A stretch of 64,000 nt of DNA, taken from a virus. Below the pieces are notes generated by a model. That model saw nothing but the letters and a program-made list of their open reading frames with translations. It made no database searches and was not told the DNA's origin. The stretch lies in the IMG/VR virus record IMGVR_UViG_3300017917_003339, positions 1 to 64,000 of that record; one strand, 5' to 3'. The first letter of the stretch is position 1. Each line of letters begins with the position of its first letter. The translations under genes and the position numbers were made by a program. Shown here piece by piece: positions 47,985 to 55,957 of the stretch.

Positions 47985-48764
47985 TTAGAAGTTAGAATAT
48001 CTGAAAATTAACTTTCTTAATTTAGTCATTAAGAAGTCCAATAAAATCCCTACAAGGATAATAACAATCTGTACCGCAATAACTCTACCGTTATCACCCA
48101 CTTTGTCACCATTTTTGATAAGTACACCCAAACCACCAGCAGCGATAAGGATACTTTCAATACTTACAAGCATCATCCATACAATCGCAAGGTTTTGTCT
48201 TACCAATTCAAATACGTAGTCAAAACGACCTTTGATTACCACTTCCCAAAGCATTTCCCATCTGTTACAACCCAACGTTCTAGCATGGTCAAATTCTTCT
48301 TGTGGAATGTCTTTAATCATCTGTACAAGGCTTGTAATCAAATAAGTCGACATGAACATTACAAGCACCCATACTTGGATAGTTCTTGCGCTAGAAAGGA
48401 TAATAGTAATGTAGAACGTAATACCAGCCAGAGGTAAGAATCTAAGTTTTGAAATGAAATCAGCCCAACCCTTAAAGAATGGCAACGTACTCAAATAGGT
48501 GAAAAACAAAGAGATAATCACCGATAGTACAACAGCTTGAGCACACAATGACAAAGAACTGAACAAATGTACAATAAGACCATCGTTCCAGATTGTACTA
48601 AAACCCTTCAACACCTGTGCTGGTGTTGGAAACAAATTTGTCGTCCCAGTAGACGATAAACCCCAAAAAGCAAACAATAGACCTAACCAAATGGTCAGCA
48701 TCAATGTTTTACTAGAACCCTTTACTGACTGAAAGGGGATAAACATTTTCAATACGTTTTTCAT
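47985..48764 (-). CDS. ABC transporter permease (TauC/SsuC-like)
   Basis: FPTPAQV, ARTLG EAA-like loop, GGLG. Confidence 0.88.
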   Translation of the reverse strand: MKNVLKMFIPFQSVKGSSKTLMLTIWLGLLFAFWGLSSTGTTNLFPTPAQVLKGFSTIWNDGLIVHLFSSLSLCAQAVVLSVIISLFFTYLSTLPFFKGWADFISKLRFLPLAGITFYITIILSSARTIQVWVLVMFMSTYLITSLVQMIKDIPQEEFDHARTLGCNRWEMLWEVVIKGRFDYVFELVRQNLAIVWMMLVSIESILIAAGGLGVLIKNGDKVGDNGRVIAVQIVIILVGILLDFLMTKLRKLIFRYSNF

Positions 48765-48878
48765 TATTGTTATTTTTAAATTCTTTACAAAAATACGATT
48801 TAATTTCCATTCTACCAAATAATTAGGTAAAAAAAAAAATCCCTGATTTCTCAGGGACTTTTTAATTAAGCATAAGCA

Positions 48879-50693
48879 TTATTTCAAGAGAGTAATTTCT
48901 ACACGTCTGTTTTTAGCTTTACCTGACACGGTGTTGTTGTCACCGATAGGTTGAGTATCACCTCTACCGTCTACCAATTGGAAACGTTCTTTTGAGATAC
49001 CACGGCTAGTTAAGTATTCAACTACTGAGTTAGCACGACCTCTAGACAATACTAAGTTTGAATCTGGGTTACCTACGTTGTCAGTGTGACCAACAATTTT
49101 AAGTTTAGTTTCCTCAGCTTGAACTAACAAGTTGTAAATGGTTTCTAAGTCTTTTTCGGAACCTTGGATAGCAGTACTACCAGTTGCGAAGTTGATATTC
49201 CATTGACCGTTAGCCAATACTTTAGTTTTTGTTTCAGCATATGAAATCTTTTCAACTTTACCAGCATCACCGATGTTGATTGATTTCAAGAAGTACAAGT
49301 TAACTGCATCATCGTAAGGTACTACACCGTCAGGACACATACCGTTGAAATCCATAGGGTTCAAGTCGGTTAAGTAAGCAGAAACTTGGTCGTACACAGC
49401 TTTATATCTGTTGTTACCGTCAGAGATACCGTTGTATTGCATCGCATCAGCGTAGTTGAATACTCTTGTACCACCGATATCGTAACCTAAACCAGCTTTG
49501 GTACCTTTTTGCCCTTTGAACATGTTGTACCAATATTCAGGTGTTTCAGCATTGTATGTTTTAGCGACACATTCAGCAGCTTTACGAGCCCACTCGTCAT
49601 ATTGTTTGATTTGGTTACAAGCCACGTAAGTTTGTTTCAATAAGTTGATAACTTCTTTATCGTGTTGTACAGCCCACTCTTTGATGATTACAAGTGTAGT
49701 AGCCATTTGATTTACGAACTCTTTAGTTGATACCACATCGGTGAAACCTGTTAGAGCATCGAAAGCCATTTTGTCACCTGGAGTCCACGTAGTGGCACCA
49801 TCAATTTTACGGTTAACTGTTTTACCAGTCAATTTACCATCTTTAACCTCTTTCAAAGGCACAGTGTAACCTGCGGTTTGAGATTTAATTAAGTCTTTTA
49901 CAGACTCAATGAAATCATCGTTTGGTGATGGAACGAAGTTAATCGCATTAGGGTCGTAAGTTTTAGGGTCTGGGTTTACTGGAATTTTGTTAGCGAACGC
50001 ATAGTTACAAGCTACAACCCAGTCACCGTCACCGATTACAGAAGAGATAACACAACCTTTCATCGATTGAGGATTATCTTTCCAAATTTGTGGACCAATC
50101 AACTTGTCCTCACCGTATGATAAACCATATTGTGCGATAGCTTGAACGTGGTATTTACCCTTACCGAATTTTTCGTCTAATGATTTCTGAGTAGTTGTGA
50201 TATAGAACGGTACACCATCACCCATGATAGATACAGCTACAGCTGATTTATCAGATTTAGGATAAGCGGCACCACCGTCAAATTCCTCAACAAACTTGAT
50301 TTGCATATCACGTAAACCACCAACCATGTCTTGACGAACGATTTCTAAGTTTACACCTGCGGCTTCCATAAGTGACCCCTCAGTTGTACGAGGACCACCG
50401 TTGGCTACAATCATACCAGAGTTACCATTCCATGCATACTCTGCAATTCTAATAAGACCTTTTGAAGCAACTTCACTTGATGGAGCGCTAGATGGCAAAG
50501 GCAATTTAGCACCAGCCGTTACGTTGTTCAAGTTTTCGGAATTAAGTTCCAAACCACCAAGGGTTTTTGAAACTTCCACTCGTAGACCTGGTGAAACGAA
50601 ATACACCACAGCCATTACCAATACTGCTCCAAGAGCAACTAAAGCACCTTCTGCGAAGGTTGTCAATTTCTGAATTTTAAGGATTCTTCCCAT
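48879..50693 (-). CDS. Substrate-binding-like protein fused to OmpA C-terminal domain
   Basis: N-terminal TM; INFATGS, VGHTDNVG..NLVLSRGRA, NRRVEI. Confidence 0.85.
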   Translation of the reverse strand: MGRILKIQKLTTFAEGALVALGAVLVMAVVYFVSPGLRVEVSKTLGGLELNSENLNNVTAGAKLPLPSSAPSSEVASKGLIRIAEYAWNGNSGMIVANGGPRTTEGSLMEAAGVNLEIVRQDMVGGLRDMQIKFVEEFDGGAAYPKSDKSAVAVSIMGDGVPFYITTTQKSLDEKFGKGKYHVQAIAQYGLSYGEDKLIGPQIWKDNPQSMKGCVISSVIGDGDWVVACNYAFANKIPVNPDPKTYDPNAINFVPSPNDDFIESVKDLIKSQTAGYTVPLKEVKDGKLTGKTVNRKIDGATTWTPGDKMAFDALTGFTDVVSTKEFVNQMATTLVIIKEWAVQHDKEVINLLKQTYVACNQIKQYDEWARKAAECVAKTYNAETPEYWYNMFKGQKGTKAGLGYDIGGTRVFNYADAMQYNGISDGNNRYKAVYDQVSAYLTDLNPMDFNGMCPDGVVPYDDAVNLYFLKSINIGDAGKVEKISYAETKTKVLANGQWNINFATGSTAIQGSEKDLETIYNLLVQAEETKLKIVGHTDNVGNPDSNLVLSRGRANSVVEYLTSRGISKERFQLVDGRGDTQPIGDNNTVSGKAKNRRVEITLLK

Positions 50694-50946
50694 TTTGTTA
50701 TAAATTTTAATGTTATTGTTTTACGGTACAAATATACGAACTAATTTTTAATGTACCAAATTTTCTTTTGTTTGTTAACTTTTTTTTAATGTTCGCCAGT
50801 TAGAGGAACTACCCATGCGGTATAAAACTCTTCTGACTTCCTACTTACGTATATTGGCTCGGCAATCCTCATTATTATGTCCACCACTTTGCTTGGGGAT
50901 ACATGGTCAACCCACAGCTACTCGAACAGTTCTTTATTGTTTTTGA

Positions 50947-52077
50947 TTAGAACAACTCACCAAAACCACCAGATTTTTGTCTGTCAGTTGATGACAACAC
51001 ATACTCTGGGTTGTTGTATTGTTTTGCGCTAGGGATGATATCTTCTCCCACTTTGATTTTGTCAGCAACAGCATTCAAGTTAGCGAACAACTCATCAGAG
51101 TCTAACGTGTAGTTAGTGGTAAGTGTTTCGATATCCTTCAAATTACCAGCGGTAATTGCGATATCAGCGGCAATTGTTGATGTTACTACGTCAAGGGCAT
51201 AGTCGAACTCCCATCCTTTGGTGAAGCCCATTGCGTTTTTAGCGGCAGTTGTAGCAGCGTTTGATTTACGACCAAACTCGTAGTCTTTCTTAAGCATTTC
51301 AACGGTAGCGTCAAAATCAGAGATTTTAATCTCCATGGCAGTTTCAACCATTGTCAACTTGTGACCCATTTTCTTCATGATGTTGGCACGGGTACCATAT
51401 TTTTGCACGAAGTCTTTGGCTTGAGTCAATTTGTTTGACACACGCAACGCTTCAGCGTTTACTTTTTGGAATTCAGCGGCCAAGTTTACATATTCATCTT
51501 CACCTCTAGCTTCAACACCACCCTTTTGAACCATTTCGTCCATTCTGGTTTTGATTTTTTGTGCTTTAGCTTGAAGTCTTAGAATAGACTTTTGCCCTTC
51601 CTCAGCTTCTGTTTGTGCTCTACTAGCTTCCAATTCCATGTCGTTTTTCAACTGAGCGATGTTACCCTTAGCAACTCTAAATGTTTGTTGGTTGGCAATC
51701 ATCTTTTGACGCTCAATGTCCAACTGAGCAAAAGGGTCGTGACGGATAATCATCTTGTGAAGACCTCTTGTAAGCGCTCTAAGACCCTTAAGGATTACTG
51801 GTGCAGCGATTATAAGACCTACAATCATTACCCCAGTTGCGGCAACAGCAAGCATGTGACCGATGGCTTGGAATACGGTTGGTAATACATATTTCCATAA
51901 CCCGTATCCAATAGCACCAAATGCGGCTAATTTAATGAACCAGAAAAGGTTTTTTTCACCTTTACGGAAAGTGTCTACCTTAGTAGCAATTTGATTTTGG
52001 TCAAAGTGCTTAAGGATTGGTAACTCCATCAAATTGGCATTCAATGTAGTTTGTTTGAATTGTGTTTGTGTACTCAT
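50947..52077 (-). CDS. Membrane-anchored coiled-coil protein (PspA/IM30-like)
   Basis: Two TM helices then DP-led long coiled coil. Confidence 0.5.
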   Translation of the reverse strand: MSTQTQFKQTTLNANLMELPILKHFDQNQIATKVDTFRKGEKNLFWFIKLAAFGAIGYGLWKYVLPTVFQAIGHMLAVAATGVMIVGLIIAAPVILKGLRALTRGLHKMIIRHDPFAQLDIERQKMIANQQTFRVAKGNIAQLKNDMELEASRAQTEAEEGQKSILRLQAKAQKIKTRMDEMVQKGGVEARGEDEYVNLAAEFQKVNAEALRVSNKLTQAKDFVQKYGTRANIMKKMGHKLTMVETAMEIKISDFDATVEMLKKDYEFGRKSNAATTAAKNAMGFTKGWEFDYALDVVTSTIAADIAITAGNLKDIETLTTNYTLDSDELFANLNAVADKIKVGEDIIPSAKQYNNPEYVLSSTDRQKSGGFGELF

Positions 52078-52078
52078 C

Positions 52079-52801
52079 TTATTTAATGTTTATGTTAATT
52101 CCAGATTTTACTGTTTCGATAGCTTCAACAATTTTGTTTTTAGCAATAGTGTTAGCATTTAACTTGCTATCAACTTCATCCAACTGTGGTTGGTATTTAC
52201 CATCAATGTCTTGAAGCTTGGATTGTCTGTCAGCAATTTGAATTTGCAACGCTTCCAATTGTTGTTGGAACATTGTCAATTCGTTAGCTAGAGTTTGATT
52301 CTCAGATTCTTTTTGTTTCAAAAGATTGTCTTTTTTACCCTTACCCTTAGCAACGTTTTCATCGTATACTTTGGTAATCTCACCAATATAGAAATCAGCT
52401 TGAGAGATAAGTTTCTCTTTGCTAATCGTTTTATCCATTGCCGTACCCATAGCGTATGCCATTGCATATACTTGTGGATTGGTCATACCACCATGTGATA
52501 CTGATTGGAAAAACTCATAGAAATCAAAACCATCTTGGTTAAGGGAGTTAAAACCATTCTCATACAATTCAACAGCTTTTTCTAAGTGTTCTTGAGACAC
52601 GTTAGCTTGCGATGCAAATGTTGGTTGTGGAGTTGGTGCTGAAGTTGGAAACGAGAAAACAGGTGTTGCAACCTCAGATGTTTGCGCATTTTCAGGAAAC
52701 TTTGTAGCAGTTTGCTGTTTAGCAGGTGCTGGCGCTTGTTGACTAGTACCCTCACTAGAATTTTCATCTTGAGTGAAGATTAGATTTCTTAAAAAACTCA
52801 T
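52079..52801 (-). CDS. Coiled-coil hypothetical protein, first gene of ABC/OmpA operon
   Basis: Pro/Ala linker, GFDFYEF motif, coiled coil. Confidence 0.55.
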   Translation of the reverse strand: MSFLRNLIFTQDENSSEGTSQQAPAPAKQQTATKFPENAQTSEVATPVFSFPTSAPTPQPTFASQANVSQEHLEKAVELYENGFNSLNQDGFDFYEFFQSVSHGGMTNPQVYAMAYAMGTAMDKTISKEKLISQADFYIGEITKVYDENVAKGKGKKDNLLKQKESENQTLANELTMFQQQLEALQIQIADRQSKLQDIDGKYQPQLDEVDSKLNANTIAKNKIVEAIETVKSGININIK

Positions 52802-53034
52802 TTTGTAATTGTTTATGTTTTACGATGCAAATATACGAAGTGTTTTTGTGTGTACCAAATTTTTAATGTTAACTGATTGTTAACAAAGACAGCGGCACGT
52901 GGGAATGACAAAACCTAAGTTCTAGAAACCGTTCACTCGTAAACGAGCTACACGCGCTTGTCTTTTTTATTAAGTTTAGAGGTAGCTTTACCGATAAAGT
53001 CAATGGACGATATCAATACATTTTACTAAACTAG

Positions 53035-53119
53035 TACAAGGAGCAGGACTCGAACCTGCGACCCTTCGGTCTGGGATTTCTCCCTCGCCAACCGCTCTAA
53101 CCAACTGAGCTACCCCCGT
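53035..53119 (-). ncRNA. tRNA-like RNA with anticodon replaced by GGGA-GAAA-TCCC tetraloop stem
   Basis: Canonical D and T arms; extended arm TTGG-CGA-GGGA-GAAA-TCCC-AGA-CCGA. Confidence 0.75.
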
Positions 53120-53120
53120 A

Positions 53121-53276
53121 TATAGGCAACAAGATTAACTTTTTAATACGCGCTCTAAACCAACTGAGCTACCACCCGAAATCTTTAATCTAGTTGGGTG
53201 GGAAGGACTCGAACCTCCGACCTCGTGCTTAAGAGGCTATTGATTTAAATTGCTGAAATAATCTTTTATACCTATT
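53121..53276 (-). ncRNA. Circularly permuted tRNA-Lys(CTT) enclosed by helix+CAGCAA module
   Basis: 3' half (53194-53237) is transcribed before 5' half (53148-53178); joining CGT|GC gives CGTGC-CTCTTAA-GCACG. Confidence 0.8.
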
Positions 53277-53278
53277 TT

Positions 53279-53458
53279 TTAAGCCTTAACTTTGGCTTTT
53301 AAAATGTCAATCTGTTTGTTGATGCGTTGTCTATCCGCATCGGTCAAAGCAACCTTTACGTCACTTGTACCCTTTTGGGTTTTTACACCACTTTTAAGTT
53401 GCGCCTCAAATTGCGCTAATGCTCTAGCTTGTCTAGATTTTTGTGCTAATGTAGCCAT
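53279..53458 (-). CDS. Small basic hypothetical protein (59 aa)
   Basis: MATLAQKSRQARALAQFEAQLKSGVKT... Confidence 0.6.
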   Translation of the reverse strand: MATLAQKSRQARALAQFEAQLKSGVKTQKGTSDVKVALTDADRQRINKQIDILKAKVKA

Positions 53459-53479
53459 ATTTAAAAATTAATAATTTAG

Positions 53480-53556
53480 TCGAGGAGAAGGGACTCGAAC
53501 CCTTCAGCAACTAGTATACACCCCGCAATGAGGCTGCCGCACCAATACCATCCCCG
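53480..53556 (-). ncRNA. tRNA-like RNA lacking D stem, with G3.U70 and A73
   Basis: CGGGGA/TCCTCG-A acceptor, AAGGG-TTCGAGT-CCCTT T arm, GGCAGC/GTTGCT helix. Confidence 0.55.
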
Positions 53557-53729
53557 TGTTTTGGTGCTAACTTTCCCACGATAGCACCGTTGCAGTCTTT
53601 TCTTTGGGAGAGGGTCCGAACTGCAAACCCAGAAGTTGTAGCACTTCCTCAGCTGTTACGCTCATTTCCTTTTAACACCTTCCATGGTATGTTAAAATTC
53701 TTTACGTAAGTGTAACCGTCTTACTGTAG

Positions 53730-53802
53730 TGGTACCGACTGGAATCGAACCAGTGACACATGGATTTTCAGTCCATTGCTCTACCAACTGAGCTACGGTA
53801 CC
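53730..53802 (-). tRNA. tRNA-Phe(GAA)
   Basis: ATGGA-CTGAAAA-TCCAT. Confidence 0.92.
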
Positions 53803-54030
53803 TTGAATGGATAAACATTTCCAAGTGTTTACCCTAGCAGTTTTTACGCACTAGCACGGCTAAAAAACTACAAAAAACCTACTCGATGTTTTATGCTTGG
53901 ACAAGGGGCTGCACGAGCAACAACCCAGTTGTTCTGGTACAACTTTAAACCCCAAACTTGAGTCGTTGGCACTGAGTCAATAGTTCCGACACAAAGATTC
54001 CTAGGTTTTTGTGTGTTTCCTATTTAGTCG

Positions 54031-54107
54031 TGGGGGAAGCTGGACTCGAACCAGCGACCTTTCGCTCTCCTAAGACAGCGAACATCTGCCAACTGAAATA
54101 TTCCCCC
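54031..54107 (-). ncRNA. tRNA-like RNA with enlarged anticodon arm
   Basis: GGGGGAA/TTCCCCC; TTCGCT-GTCTTAGGAG-AGCGAA. Confidence 0.65.
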
Positions 54108-54336
54108 GATTGCCTCGGTTAAAAACCGAGGGCTTGTTCCGTGACGCTACCGCCCCAGAGATTTACGTCTTTGTGTTTGATACCACCGCCAGTACAAAGT
54201 TTCATTATCACAAAGATAAGAGGAGGAACTTTCCTATTGGCTACTACTCTCAAACACCCTACGATGTCTAATTAAAATTACAATGCAAATATACTAAGTG
54301 TTTTTCAATCTTGCAAGTTTTTTAAAAGTTTTTTTT

Positions 54337-54963
54337 TTAAGAGTTAGGGTAATTTATCAACTTTTCACTAAAATAGTAAAAACTTGTTTTACCCATTCTT
54401 TTAAACCCTAAATTTTCCCAAAACTTTTTAACTCTTTTATGGCTTGCTTTGTTTTCTCTGTCGTCAATCGCAAAAGGTATAACAACAAACAAACTATCAG
54501 GTTTACCTATAGTGTCTATTATTTCATGTATTACAGCAGAACCAATACCCATACCTCTATTTTTTTCATTTATTCTAAATAAATCAATATAGATATATTC
54601 ACTAAACTCTTCCAAACTAAATTTAGTTTTGCTTCTGCTATCAGAATCTTTGAAACACGCATCGAAACCATCCACAAAGTTTTGTGATATAATATCACAA
54701 AAATCATAAGCTTCTTCAAACCCCATCCAAGAAATGTGACGCATAAAATTTATTTTAACTTCACCAATTTCTTCAACGACATCTTTATTTGTCTCTTCGT
54801 CATATGAATAATTATCAACTATTTTAACGTTAATATCTTTTATATGACCCTCACATTCATAATGGATAGATGTTGAATAGTTTATTTCTATCAAGTTTTC
54901 TCTCAAAAGTTCAATAGAATCTGCCACATCTTCACCTAGCATTAACTCAAAGTATTGTTCCAT
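54337..54963 (-). CDS. GNAT-family acetyltransferase-like protein
   Basis: NRGMGIGS, KFWENLGFK. Confidence 0.7.
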   Translation of the reverse strand: MEQYFELMLGEDVADSIELLRENLIEINYSTSIHYECEGHIKDINVKIVDNYSYDEETNKDVVEEIGEVKINFMRHISWMGFEEAYDFCDIISQNFVDGFDACFKDSDSRSKTKFSLEEFSEYIYIDLFRINEKNRGMGIGSAVIHEIIDTIGKPDSLFVVIPFAIDDRENKASHKRVKKFWENLGFKRMGKTSFYYFSEKLINYPNS

Positions 54964-55031
54964 TTTTTTTATTATTATTATTATTAATACAATGCAAATA
55001 TACTAAGTGTTTTTTAATGTTACAAGTATTT

Positions 55032-55547
55032 TTAAAATTTTTTTCCAATCAACAGATAATAGTTTGAATTTGTTTTTCTTACAGATGTTGATTCTGATGC
55101 GTATATAGGTTCATCAGAATCAATATAGTAATCACGTACTATATCATCTAAAACCTCTTTCAAACTACAACCATCTTCTGAAAAATAAAGTTCAGCATAG
55201 TTTACGTAATCATCCTCATCGATTCCAACAGTGTCTTCAATCATCGATGTATCACAATCATCACTAGTGATGACAATAATGTTATCCGAATTATGTAAAC
55301 TTTTTCTTGAAAAAGCTTCAATTTGTTCATAAAGACCCTTACCGATAATCGCGAAATCTTCACACGCATCAACTTCTGCTGGTACGATAACCATTTGGTC
55401 ACATTCCAATAATTGTTTATGTGAATAGGTACCACCTTTGAATTCAACTATTTCCAAGTTGTAATTGGAAAGAGTTTGGCGAACTCTAGCCACCACATCT
55501 GGGTTAGCTTTGTTAGACTTCGCCAAGTACACTTTCATCTTTTTCAT
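55032..55547 (-). CDS. Hypothetical protein (TIR/NDT-like Rossmann fold possible)
   Basis: KVYLAKSN...IIGKGLYEQI. Confidence 0.45.
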   Translation of the reverse strand: MKKMKVYLAKSNKANPDVVARVRQTLSNYNLEIVEFKGGTYSHKQLLECDQMVIVPAEVDACEDFAIIGKGLYEQIEAFSRKSLHNSDNIIVITSDDCDTSMIEDTVGIDEDDYVNYAELYFSEDGCSLKEVLDDIVRDYYIDSDEPIYASESTSVRKTNSNYYLLIGKKF

Positions 55548-55553
55548 AGCAGA

Positions 55554-55889
55554 TTACTTTTCAGTTTCTTCTTCACCGAAGTATTCGTTGTAGATAGCTT
55601 CGGCTTCAGCCAATTCAACCTCTTTCAAAGCTAAATCCATACGACATTGGTGTAATTCGGAAACCCATTTAGCTGGTTCGAAATCTGGATGACCAGGTCT
55701 CAACGATGTTGTGTTTTCTGGTGCCAAGTCGGTTAACTTGTTGATAGTGCTTTTTAATTTAGATTTCTCTTTTTTCAAGTTGTTGATGAAAGAGTTTAAC
55801 TCCAATACAACATCTTCTGCCAAGTCGCTTGCTCTATTAGCCAATGTAGCTGAATTGCTAGACGAAATCATTTTTTCAAATTTACTCAT
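55554..55889 (-). CDS. Hypothetical coiled-coil protein
   Basis: ORF after host-type promoter. Confidence 0.55.
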   Translation of the reverse strand: MSKFEKMISSSNSATLANRASDLAEDVVLELNSFINNLKKEKSKLKSTINKLTDLAPENTTSLRPGHPDFEPAKWVSELHQCRMDLALKEVELAEAEAIYNEYFGEEETEK

Positions 55890-55957
55890 AAAGTTTATTT
55901 TTAATGTTATAATTAATACATTGCAAATATACGAGTAATTTTCCAATCTAGCAAATC

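Noticed and set aside
54031-54107. Suppressor tRNA or stop-codon recoding
   Set aside because: The loop is non-canonical with no clear CTA/TTA/TCA placement, and long ORFs are uninterrupted in the standard code.
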